The position numbers and the translations under genes were made by a program. Of a DNA stretch of 44,654 nucleotides, positions 17,035-26,205 are shown in pieces (position 1 is the stretch's first letter; each line of letters opens with the position of its first letter). The notes below the pieces were generated by a model, which saw only the letters and a program-made list of their open reading frames with translations, was not told where the DNA came from and searched no databases. Source of the stretch: an uncultured Pseudomonadales bacterium (GTDB lineage: Bacteria > Patescibacteriota > Microgenomatia > UBA1400 > MFAQ01); the NCBI GenBank assembly GCA_964638575.1, contig CAZWYN010000003.1, forward strand, positions 1 through 44,654. Direction: 5' to 3'.

Positions 17035-18057
17035 ATGAATCGATATTTTTCAACTTTCATAACTGGATTCCAGAAGGTAGTGGAATTAGAACTCAAGAGA
17101 ATGTTGGCAGACATCAAAATTCTCAAACTGTTAGATGGTCTTGTCATCTATGAAAGCACGTCAACTATACAAGATATTCAGAAACTGAGGTTTTTAAACA
17201 ATAGTTTTATCTGGCTTTCCCAATCCACATATCTTGATGGACAGAAGCCAGAGTCAGTAGTTGAACAATTATTAAGGATGTCAGATTTTAATCGTTCCCG
17301 CGAGGCCACTTCTCTTAAGTTTGTGAAGTTTTTTAGGGCTATTGTCTCCAAAGAGAATCAGACTATCCCAATAGATCGCTCATTGTTAGAGAAAATAGAA
17401 GCAAAAATATTTTATTCTACACACCTGAAAGTTCATAGGACATTACCAGATATCGAGTTTTGGTTTATCTTTAGAAAAGAAGAAATCTCTTTATTTGGAG
17501 CTAGAATTACTCCACTAGGAAAAGAAACAACTAGAAAATACAACAAAGGCGAGCTAAGACAGGAACTGGCACACCTCCTTGTTCTTCTCTCAGACCATCA
17601 AAAAGAAGATGTCATCCTTGATCCATTCGCTGGTTCTGGAGCCATTGTTTTAGAACGAGTTCAGTCTTTTCCGTATAAAAAGTTCTTTGCCGGTGATAAT
17701 AAAGAAGATTTGGTGGAAGAACTAAAACGAAAAACAAAATGGGGGCAACAAAAAATTATTGTCGAGAAACATGATGCTCTCAATCTCGACAATTTAGACG
17801 ATGGTTCAATCAATAAAATCATCACTGATCCACCTTGGGGATTATTTGAAAGGCCACAAGAAAATATGGTTGATTTCTACAAGAAAATGCTACTTGAGTT
17901 CTACAGGGTTCTTGTTGATGGTGGTATGACTATAATTCTAGTTGGCCAAGAAGCTGGATTTGAAGCAGCACTAACTGATTCAAATTTCAAGGTGGAAACA
18001 AAGCTAAGTATCTTGGTTTCTGGACAGAAAGCGAGCGTTTACAAACTCACGAAATGA
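17035..18057 (+). CDS. SAM-dependent amino-methyltransferase, TRM11/Trm14/RlmL (UPF0020)-like
   Basis: LDPFAGSGAI, IITDPPWG; probable THUMP-like N-terminus; TATAAT at 17023 (leaderless). Confidence 0.85.
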   Translation: MNRYFSTFITGFQKVVELELKRMLADIKILKLLDGLVIYESTSTIQDIQKLRFLNNSFIWLSQSTYLDGQKPESVVEQLLRMSDFNRSREATSLKFVKFFRAIVSKENQTIPIDRSLLEKIEAKIFYSTHLKVHRTLPDIEFWFIFRKEEISLFGARITPLGKETTRKYNKGELRQELAHLLVLLSDHQKEDVILDPFAGSGAIVLERVQSFPYKKFFAGDNKEDLVEELKRKTKWGQQKIIVEKHDALNLDNLDDGSINKIITDPPWGLFERPQENMVDFYKKMLLEFYRVLVDGGMTIILVGQEAGFEAALTDSNFKVETKLSILVSGQKASVYKLTK

Positions 18058-18072
18058 GATTTTATTGTAGCT

Positions 18073-19038
18073 TTACCCCCTCCTAAACATATCCGCCATT
18101 ATTTCATCCAATGGCACATGAGTGATATCGATATCATCAACTGGTAACTTCTCACTTACTGTCGCAATAACCCTTGCTTGGTCCTCTCCTGCGACCTCGA
18201 TGGTGTAGGTCAATGGTTTAATATCTATTACCTTTCCATACTTCTCTATTTCTTCCAATGCAACTTCTTCCGTAAAGATCAAGGTCAAGTATTTCCTATC
18301 ACGATACTTACTGGTCAGTTTTCCAATTGCATCATCAAACATTATCCTTCCGTGATTTATCACAATTACTCGATCGCATACTTTTTCAATATCTGCCATG
18401 TCGTGACTGGTAAGAATTATCGTCACCCCTTTTTCTTTATTAATCTTTTTCAAAAACTCACGAATATTTCTCTTAGCCACTACATCAAGTCCAAGAGTCG
18501 GTTCATCCAGAAACACGACTTCCGGATTATGCATAATTGCCCCAATTAATTCCATTTTCAATCGTTGTCCTAAAGACAGTTTACGAATTGGCATATCCAA
18601 ATTTCTTTCAACTTCCAAAATCTTTGCCAAGTTATCAACAGTCTTTACAGCCTCTTCATGCTTGAGATCGTAAATACTCTCAAACAAATCAAAACTCTGA
18701 CGGGCAGAAAGATCCCAGGACAGTCCGCTTTTATTCCCCATGACCAGTGCGATTTTTCGCAAAAAATTATATTTTCTCTCCACCGGTATTGTGTTTAATA
18801 CCCTCACCGACCCATTTGATGGATACAAAAGTCCAGTGAGCATTTTTAGTGTCGTTGTTTTCCCGGCACCGTTTGGACCCAAAAAGGCAACAGCCTCGCC
18901 TCTCTTCACTGAGAAAGATATTCCATCCACCGCAATCACTTCCTTGTTTTTTGGGATAAACAGACTGCGCAAGAATCCCTGTTTAACCGATACCTTAAAT
19001 TTTTTGGAGAGGTTTTTAACCTCAATAATTTTTTCCAT
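18073..19038 (-). CDS. ABC-2 type exporter ATP-binding protein
   Basis: GPNGAGKTT, LSLGQR, FLDEPT, SH; start re-assigned to ATG 19038 (MEKIIEV). Confidence 0.93.
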   Translation of the reverse strand: MEKIIEVKNLSKKFKVSVKQGFLRSLFIPKNKEVIAVDGISFSVKRGEAVAFLGPNGAGKTTTLKMLTGLLYPSNGSVRVLNTIPVERKYNFLRKIALVMGNKSGLSWDLSARQSFDLFESIYDLKHEEAVKTVDNLAKILEVERNLDMPIRKLSLGQRLKMELIGAIMHNPEVVFLDEPTLGLDVVAKRNIREFLKKINKEKGVTIILTSHDMADIEKVCDRVIVINHGRIMFDDAIGKLTSKYRDRKYLTLIFTEEVALEEIEKYGKVIDIKPLTYTIEVAGEDQARVIATVSEKLPVDDIDITHVPLDEIMADMFRRG

Positions 19039-19043
19039 ATTTT

Positions 19044-19874
19044 TTATGATGATGCTGATGAATAATGTCTCAAAGCAAATTTCCAAGCAACCACCTTCAG
19101 CCACAAAAATACCAACGCCAAAGCAATGATATAAATCAAATAATAGTAGTTGATGTTTTTTCCTAAAATAAATGACACCGATAAAGCTGTGCTGATAATA
19201 AACGGGATTACTGAGATACCGACATATTTTAACCATTTAGGATATCCCTCAAAAGGAATTGTGTCTCCAAACATAGTTAGCTCCACACTCAGATTTTTGG
19301 CTTGTTTACCTTCTCCTGTAAAGAAAGCCGTCATTGCGATAATAAATACAAAACAATGGATAATTATCTGCCCCAAGATGATACATAGGATTCCTGCCAT
19401 TACACCCCAAAATGGCATGGCCAATATACTCCATTTTCCTGACAAAATAATAAGCAGTGGAATTGTTGCCGGAAGTGCGCTAAATAAAAGCTCTCCCAAA
19501 TTAATATTTCTAAAAGATACGAACCATAATGCAGGCACCGGCTTTACAAGCCACAGATCAAGCTCCCCAGTGTTAATGCTGGTGTCCAGCCTTTCCGTAT
19601 TTGCCTGAGTGATCACAAACATCAGATAATAATTAACCTGAATAATCAAAGTAAAGAAGAGCATTTCCGCATAACCATAGCCGGCAATCATTTTTATCCT
19701 TCCAAAAAGTACGTCTAAAAAGATTAAATAAGTTGTCATATAAACAACCATTGATAACAGGTTCCCCCAGTTATTCAGTGAATATGCCATCGACTCTCTA
19801 AAACCAAACATCGTGCAAGATTTGATAATTACCCAACGGATTTTTATTGCCTGCTTAAATTCCAATCGCTTCAT
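19044..19874 (-). CDS. ABC-2 family transporter permease
   Basis: ~6 TM; I.TGELDLWLVKPV motif; operonic with ATPase. Confidence 0.85.
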   Translation of the reverse strand: MKRLEFKQAIKIRWVIIKSCTMFGFRESMAYSLNNWGNLLSMVVYMTTYLIFLDVLFGRIKMIAGYGYAEMLFFTLIIQVNYYLMFVITQANTERLDTSINTGELDLWLVKPVPALWFVSFRNINLGELLFSALPATIPLLIILSGKWSILAMPFWGVMAGILCIILGQIIIHCFVFIIAMTAFFTGEGKQAKNLSVELTMFGDTIPFEGYPKWLKYVGISVIPFIISTALSVSFILGKNINYYYLIYIIALALVFLWLKVVAWKFALRHYSSASS

Positions 19875-20640
19875 ATCGTTTTATTCCCTTTCTCCAAACC
19901 AGCCTGCTAACAAATAATAAAACTATCGCCCACACTATCGATACTCCCACCTGTAAATATAAGAACAAATCCACTGTCTTCGTTTGAAGTAAAGTTGCCG
20001 GTAAATAGGCATATGAGGCAAATGGCGACAACATCACAGGTATTTGATATGCAACAGGGAAAAAGGTCAATGGAATTAATGCCCCACTAAACACTTTAGA
20101 AATATGATTCACTACGTTTTTAATTCCCTTAGCCTCTGTCATCCAAAAGGCTCCGGATCCGATTATCGAGCCTTGGGCAAAACATATGACTGCGCCGGAT
20201 ATTACAACGACAAAAAATAATAAACCTGACACTATCGAAGTTGGTGGAAAAAGTATTATTCCAAATACTATTGATAAAAATGAAAAGGCTATTGAGATTC
20301 CTCTTGTTCCAAGTTGTTTAAAATACATAAATAGCACAGTATGTGTCGGCTGGATTAGATAAGAGCTAATCTTTCCTGCCTTGATATCATCAATTATCAC
20401 ACTCCCAAACTTCCCATAAAACGCGTCGATCAATTCTCTTACTCCATTGGCAACAAAAAAATAAGCGATTAGCTGTGAATATGTTTTCCCGGTACTACCC
20501 GTTCCTACCACGCTCCAAAACAACAAAATTCCGGCGAAAACTAATATCTTTGCGAATATCAAGAACCATACTTCAGTCCGGTAATTAGCTACCTGCAAAA
20601 AACCGACCGCCGCTGTTTTTGTATATGTGGCAAATCTCAT
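19855..20640 (-). CDS. ABC-2 family transporter permease
   Basis: ~6 TM; IKAGKISSYLIQP, FSGALIPL.FFP. Confidence 0.85.
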   Translation of the reverse strand: MRFATYTKTAAVGFLQVANYRTEVWFLIFAKILVFAGILLFWSVVGTGSTGKTYSQLIAYFFVANGVRELIDAFYGKFGSVIIDDIKAGKISSYLIQPTHTVLFMYFKQLGTRGISIAFSFLSIVFGIILFPPTSIVSGLLFFVVVISGAVICFAQGSIIGSGAFWMTEAKGIKNVVNHISKVFSGALIPLTFFPVAYQIPVMLSPFASYAYLPATLLQTKTVDLFLYLQVGVSIVWAIVLLFVSRLVWRKGIKRYEAIGI

Positions 20641-20694
20641 AACATAAATAGAATCTTGGAAACTAACTTCATTATAGATACTATCTATCTCAAA

Positions 20695-20877
20695 TCAAGA
20701 CCAATCCTGTCTCACTATCTCGTGTTTAAACCACTTCTCCTGAAACTCCGTTAGTTCTTCTATCTCCTTGTCGGTTATTGTTCTAACAAATAACCTGTTT
20801 TGTTCGTCCGATTTTCTTTGACTCTCTTTCCACAAACGAAAAATCGTCACACTCACAAACCCCAAACCTTCACACAA
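20695..20877 (-). CDS. Possible small hypothetical protein
   Basis: 60-aa ORF (TTG start) filling an intergenic gap; no recognisable motif. Confidence 0.3.
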   Translation of the reverse strand: MCEGLGFVSVTIFRLWKESQRKSDEQNRLFVRTITDKEIEELTEFQEKWFKHEIVRQDWS

Positions 20878-20925
20878 TCTATAATACTCACAGGCCTCTT
20901 CCCTAAATCGTATAATATAGTTTCA

Positions 20926-21675
20926 ATGCAAATAGTACTCGACGGCATTCTCACCAGCTATCGAACCATCAACCCTCACCAAAAGTACACCCTCCTTATC
21001 CTCCATGGTTGGGGGCAGTCTTCCCAACACTGGCAGACGGTTCTTGAGAACCTACCTAGCAATATCTCCGGCATTGCCCTTGACCTTCCCGCTTTTGGCT
21101 CCACTTCGACACTTCCCGGAACTCCTGGTGTCGGCGAATACTCTGACTTCGTCAAAAGTTTCATCCTTAAACTAAAGCTCAAAAATGTTATCCTTCTGGG
21201 ACACTCTTTCGGTGGTCAAATCGCCGTCGATTTTTCTCTTCGTTACCCCAAATTAATTAACCATCTTCTTCTCCTTTCCCCTGCCTGTATCCGCCAATCT
21301 ACGCCAAGAAAAAAATCAAAAATTGCCAAAACTTTCAAACCACTCCTTAAAACTCTTTCCCCTAAAGTTTACGACTATATTTTCTATCGAGTAGCTTCAG
21401 AAAACTACCTCAAATCTACTCCCACCCAAAAAGAAATTCTCAACAAAATCCTCTACCAAGACTATTCTTCAAAACTAGGAAACATTTCCGTCGACACTTC
21501 TATTATTTGGGGAGAAAAGGACACTACGATTTTCAACAGTAGCAAACTCCTTGCCGAAACCATTCCAAAATCACATCTCTTTGTTCTCTACGGTGCCGAC
21601 CACAGCCCTCACCTCACTTCCACCCAAAAGTTTATTTCTCTTCTTAATACCATTCTCAAAAATAATGCTTACTAA
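20926..21675 (+). CDS. Alpha/beta hydrolase
   Basis: LHGWG, DLPAFG, GHSFGG, WGEKD, ADHSPH; start re-assigned to ATG 20926. Confidence 0.92.
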   Translation: MQIVLDGILTSYRTINPHQKYTLLILHGWGQSSQHWQTVLENLPSNISGIALDLPAFGSTSTLPGTPGVGEYSDFVKSFILKLKLKNVILLGHSFGGQIAVDFSLRYPKLINHLLLLSPACIRQSTPRKKSKIAKTFKPLLKTLSPKVYDYIFYRVASENYLKSTPTQKEILNKILYQDYSSKLGNISVDTSIIWGEKDTTIFNSSKLLAETIPKSHLFVLYGADHSPHLTSTQKFISLLNTILKNNAY

Positions 21676-23050
21676 GGCAATTAAAACCCAGCTCACCATT
21701 CTCCAACAGGAGGGTTACTCTATTTCACGTTTTTTTACCTGGTGGCTTAGACACCCCACCTCTTTCACCATCTCCTCAAAAAAACCACTTGTTCTCACAT
21801 CCAAAGCTCGTTTCCTTCTTTTTTCATCTTTTATATTCTTTATTATTCTGTTTTCCATTTCCTTGTTTCTTAAACTATATCTTCTGTCTATCCTACTTCT
21901 CTTCTTTTTTATTTTTTCTCCCTTTCTTTTTCTATTTCTTGCCGTACTCCTCATCACCCCCTATGAAAAAATCAATCGCCAGATAACCAAAAATAAAACT
22001 ACGTTTACCCTCAATAGTCATAACTTAAAAATCATTGGCATTACTGGCTCATTTGGTAAAACCACGGTCAAAGATTTTCTTTATGAAATTCTTAACAGCT
22101 ACCAACAGACCGTCAAAACTCCCGAAAGCTACAACACAATCTTTGGCATCGCCAAGGTGGTTAGAATGGAGATCCTCCGCAAGACTAAGTTCTTTATCTG
22201 TGAAATGGGTGCCTACACTCGAGGCGAAATTGCCGAGATCACCAAAATGGTCAGTCCAAACTATGCTATTCTCACCGCCATTGGCTCTCAACACCTGGAA
22301 CGATTTAGGACTCTAGAAAATACCACCCTCGCCAAGTTCGAACTAGTAGACTCTGTCTCTCCCCAAAATACCCTCGTTAACCTTGACAATCCACACATAA
22401 GGAAGCATCTCTCTCTTCCCCAATATAAAGGGGTTAAAACTTATTCTCTTCTAGATCCTAAAGCTGATTTCTTTGTCGACAAATATATTCTCACTTCAAA
22501 AGGGATGTCTTTCCATGTTGTCTACAAAAAAACGTCACTGAATATCACTTCACTGGTATTTGGAACCAGTAATCTATACAACCTCTTAGCTGCCGTTTCT
22601 ATGAGCCTACTCCTCAATGTCCCCCCGGAAATTATAAAAAAAACCGCTGCCTCTATCTCGTCTTCGCCACACCGTCTGGAACTAAAAAAAATCAACAGGG
22701 CAACCCTCATCGACAACGCCTTCAGTTCAAACGAAGAAGGCTTTACTGCCATACTAAATGATCTCAAAAATCTCAAGGGTAAAAAGGTTTTACTCACTCC
22801 GGGGATAATTGAGTTGGGAGAAAGAACCTCGCCAATCCATCAAAGACTGGGTCAACTTTCCAGATCTATTTTCGATAAAATCATTCTCGTTGGTCACTCC
22901 GAAAGAACCAAATCCTTAGAAATCGGTATCGACAACTCCAATATTATTAGTTTCATTGATAATGACACCAATCTTTGGCCAATCATTGAAGACCTCTCCA
23001 AGAAATACGACTGGATTCTTCTGGAAAATGACCTTCCTGATACCTTTTAA
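21665..23050 (+). CDS. murF: Mur ligase, MurF-like with N-terminal TM helices
   Basis: GITGSFGKTT, SYNT..G, EMGA, QHLERF, PHRLE, IDNAFSSN, TPGIIELG, ENDLPD; convergent with ddl. Confidence 0.85.
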   Translation: MLTKAIKTQLTILQQEGYSISRFFTWWLRHPTSFTISSKKPLVLTSKARFLLFSSFIFFIILFSISLFLKLYLLSILLLFFFIFSPFLFLFLAVLLITPYEKINRQITKNKTTFTLNSHNLKIIGITGSFGKTTVKDFLYEILNSYQQTVKTPESYNTIFGIAKVVRMEILRKTKFFICEMGAYTRGEIAEITKMVSPNYAILTAIGSQHLERFRTLENTTLAKFELVDSVSPQNTLVNLDNPHIRKHLSLPQYKGVKTYSLLDPKADFFVDKYILTSKGMSFHVVYKKTSLNITSLVFGTSNLYNLLAAVSMSLLLNVPPEIIKKTAASISSSPHRLELKKINRATLIDNAFSSNEEGFTAILNDLKNLKGKKVLLTPGIIELGERTSPIHQRLGQLSRSIFDKIILVGHSERTKSLEIGIDNSNIISFIDNDTNLWPIIEDLSKKYDWILLENDLPDTF

Positions 23051-24207
23051 ACTTTTCCTCCCTTAAGTCCTGAGGTGGCAAACCCTTCCAAAATATTGCT
23101 TCCAAAAGTCTTAACCAAAGAGTCTTTTCCGCTTTTTTCTTCTAAAGCTAACGTCACCAACCTACTTACCAACTTCTCAAAAGATACCCCACTTGCTTCC
23201 CAGAGGTAAAAGGCCAAAGAACCTGGCATGGTGTTGATTTCATTAAAATATACTTTTCCTTCTTTGCTAACCATAAAATCGACCCGGGCAATTCCCTTTC
23301 CGTCAATTGCTCTAAAAAAGTCTATTGCTCCTTTTTCAATTTCTTTAATTATTTCCGGTTTTTGTTTTGCCGGAATTAATCTCCTTGAGCCTGCCATTCC
23401 ACTAGACTTTTTTTGTCCTTCATACTTATCCGCAAACGATAATGTCTTTCCGCTGCTTTTTGGTTCCTCGGTCATTGAACACTGATAAGGATTGTTACCC
23501 AATACTGAAATATTCACTTCGGAAAAATCATCCAGTGCTTCTTCAATAATTACTCGTCTGTCATAGCAAAAGGCTACCTCCAAAGCATCATCAAGTTCCT
23601 TCTGGTTATTCACTCTCGTCAAACCAATGCTCGACCCCAAACCGACAGGTTTTACCATTACCGGATATTTTATTTTCTTCTTCTCAATCAAACTCATTTT
23701 TTCACCCTTAATTAGCAAAATATCCTTTAATACCGAAAGCCCGCACGCTTCCGCTATCTTTTTGGCAATATATTTGTCGATTTTTATGGCACTTGCTGTC
23801 ACCGAACATCCCACATAAGGAATGCCTGCCATTTCCAGAAGTCCCTGTAAGGTTCCATCCTCTCCACCGTGCCCATGAATCACTGGAAACACTACATCTG
23901 GCTGTTTAACCGTCATTCCAAAACCCCACCAATTTTTCTCCATTAATCCGAAATTTGGGTCTGCAGACCAAACCACTTTTTTTCCTTTTTTAAGTAACGT
24001 CTTTATTCCTCGATATACTTCAGGTTTTAGAAAACTCTCGTCTCCCAAATACCAATTTCCTTCTTTAGATATATATACCGGCATCACTTCAAAACCAGCT
24101 TTCTTCAAAGCTTTCATCACCTGTAAGGCCGTTACGATAGCCACATCATGTTCTGGACTTACTCCGCCGTAGACTACCATGACATTTATCCTATTAGACT
24201 CATCCAT
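23047..24207 (-). CDS. ddl: D-alanine--D-alanine ligase
   Basis: GGVSPEHDV, HGHGGEDGTLQG, KPVGLGSSIG, ARVDF, NEINTMPG. Confidence 0.95.
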   Translation of the reverse strand: MDESNRINVMVVYGGVSPEHDVAIVTALQVMKALKKAGFEVMPVYISKEGNWYLGDESFLKPEVYRGIKTLLKKGKKVVWSADPNFGLMEKNWWGFGMTVKQPDVVFPVIHGHGGEDGTLQGLLEMAGIPYVGCSVTASAIKIDKYIAKKIAEACGLSVLKDILLIKGEKMSLIEKKKIKYPVMVKPVGLGSSIGLTRVNNQKELDDALEVAFCYDRRVIIEEALDDFSEVNISVLGNNPYQCSMTEEPKSSGKTLSFADKYEGQKKSSGMAGSRRLIPAKQKPEIIKEIEKGAIDFFRAIDGKGIARVDFMVSKEGKVYFNEINTMPGSLAFYLWEASGVSFEKLVSRLVTLALEEKSGKDSLVKTFGSNILEGFATSGLKGGKV

Positions 24208-24514
24208 TTTTCTTTTTTAACATATCATTTAATTTACAGATTGCCGCCGGTCTATTCTCTACCCCCGTTTTTTCGCAAAATGGTGGTCGATTCTCTGGGT
24301 AATCTTTACAGTTCCCATCTTCCTGAAGACGATTACATTCCAAAACTCTGTATACCTTTTCCCTATTTCCCAACATTCCAACATCAGTTTTCACTACTTT
24401 CAAAAAAGGATACTTTTCTATCAACTTTGCCACTTCTTCCCCCGACTGATAGAGTCTAAAATTGTTGCAGCAATTATTTTCACAATCAGCACAGTAGTTT
24501 TCATTCTCTGGCAT
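24200..24514 (-). CDS. YkgJ-like CxxCxxxCC Zn/Fe-chelating protein
   Basis: CADCENNCC ... C..L..DGNC..Y..RP..C. Confidence 0.75.
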   Translation of the reverse strand: MPENENYCADCENNCCNNFRLYQSGEEVAKLIEKYPFLKVVKTDVGMLGNREKVYRVLECNRLQEDGNCKDYPENRPPFCEKTGVENRPAAICKLNDMLKKKNG

Positions 24515-24582
24515 ATCTAAGATAATACCATGCCGACCACACTATGACCAAGGAAGGTGAATTCTAATGCTAAAATGCAGTC

Positions 24583-25617
24583 ATGAGCACCAACCCTAAC
24601 AACATCGCAGATGTTATCTTGGATAGCATTAAGCAATCCAAGAAGATATTGCTACACTGCCATCCATATCCTGATCCTGATAGCATTGGCTCTGTGTTAT
24701 CGATGGATGCAGCCCTATCAAAAATGGGGAAAAATGTCACGTGCATTGCGGGCGATTCTCAGTACCCAGATTATTTAAATTCACTGCCAAACCACGATAG
24801 GATACAAAAAAAATCTTACTCTGATATAGACCCGAATGAATACGATCTATTCATAATTCTAGATAGTTCTTCTCCTTCTCAAATTTCACAAAAAGAAGGG
24901 TTCGTTTTCCCAGAAGGAATGAAAACAATTGTAATTGACCATCATAAAACAAATTCAAAATTTGGAAACATTAATTTGGTAGATTCCGAGAGTTCTTCTA
25001 CGTCTGAGATTATCTATAAACTATTCAACACTTGGGGAGTAGAAATTGAACAGAATATTGCTCTCTATTTGCTACTGGGAATTTTCGCAGATACTGGAGG
25101 TCTTAAATATCCAAACGCTACACCAGAAACAATCAAAATATTTTCGGAGCTTTCATTAATTTACCCCAACTATCACCCATTTGTTTTTGAATTTGAAAAT
25201 AATAAAAAACCAGTTGAGCTGGAAATGATGGGTTTAGCCTTATCTAATCTTCGTAAATTTTATTCAGACCAAGTAGTTTTTTCTGTCGTTTCCAATAAGG
25301 AAATTAAAAATAGAAATATTTCCAAAGAGGACGCAATGGAAGGACTAATCGGCAATACTCTAAGATCTGTAGTTGGTTGGAGCGTAGTTGCAAGCTTAGT
25401 AGAAGCAGAACCAAATATAGTAACTGTAAGCTTGAGAACTCGTGACGAAAACTCCTATGATGTCAGTGTTATTGCTAAATCCGTTGGTGAAAACGGAGGG
25501 GGTCATAGAGGTGCAGCCGGAACAACTATTCACAAACCACTTGAAGAAGCAATAACTGATTTATCGCGTACAATTTCTGAATTTTATCCCGAGCTTGAAT
25601 ACCGCAAAACAATATGA
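24583..25617 (+). CDS. DHH/DHHA1 phosphoesterase (NrnA-like)
   Basis: HPYPDPDSIGS, ILD, IDHH, DTG, SLR, GGGH.GAAG. Confidence 0.92.
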   Translation: MSTNPNNIADVILDSIKQSKKILLHCHPYPDPDSIGSVLSMDAALSKMGKNVTCIAGDSQYPDYLNSLPNHDRIQKKSYSDIDPNEYDLFIILDSSSPSQISQKEGFVFPEGMKTIVIDHHKTNSKFGNINLVDSESSSTSEIIYKLFNTWGVEIEQNIALYLLLGIFADTGGLKYPNATPETIKIFSELSLIYPNYHPFVFEFENNKKPVELEMMGLALSNLRKFYSDQVVFSVVSNKEIKNRNISKEDAMEGLIGNTLRSVVGWSVVASLVEAEPNIVTVSLRTRDENSYDVSVIAKSVGENGGGHRGAAGTTIHKPLEEAITDLSRTISEFYPELEYRKTI

Positions 25618-26096
25618 ATAAAGAAAAATTGCCCTATCGCCAAAGTACCTTAGCAATTGTCGCCAATAACGATGGTAGATTCCTTGTTGTAAACAAAGAA
25701 GTCTACGAACCAGACAAATGGTGGTCATTCCCTGGTGGTGGCGTTGATGAAGGTGAAACACCAGAGAAAGCGGTAATGAGGGAGTTGGTTGAAGAATTGG
25801 AATCAGAAAAATTTCAGATTATTGGAAAGAGCAAAAATAAATACCAATACGAATGGCCCGATCATGTCATCGAGAAAACTTTTAAAGAGAAAGGTGAATA
25901 CTGGCGTGGAACGGAGCTGACTCAGTTTTGGGTTAAATTTAACGGAATCGAAGATGAAGTTAATCCAGGAGACGGAATTAGGACAATAAAATGGGTAACT
26001 CGTGACGAATTGAAAGACCATTTGTTATTTCCCAATCAGCTAGAAAATGCTGAGAGGGTAATTCATGAATTTTCCGAATACCTCTATCGTTCATGA
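25614..26096 (+). CDS. NUDIX hydrolase (RppH-like)
   Basis: Nudix box PGGGVDEGETPEKAVMRELVEEL. Confidence 0.9.
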   Translation: MNKEKLPYRQSTLAIVANNDGRFLVVNKEVYEPDKWWSFPGGGVDEGETPEKAVMRELVEELESEKFQIIGKSKNKYQYEWPDHVIEKTFKEKGEYWRGTELTQFWVKFNGIEDEVNPGDGIRTIKWVTRDELKDHLLFPNQLENAERVIHEFSEYLYRS

Positions 26097-26205
26097 CCAC
26101 ACCGCTCAACACATGGTTGTTCACAACTTCCTCATGACCAGGAATTTTGCTGGTCAGATGAAAAAACGCGGAAGGGTGATTGAAAAATTTATTTCAAATA
26201 AACAA

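Noticed and set aside
8206-18057. Dpd DNA-modification island, QatABCD or type IV CBASS
   Set aside because: No DpdA/TGT-like protein, TatD, KAP ATPase, CD-NTase or effector in the window.
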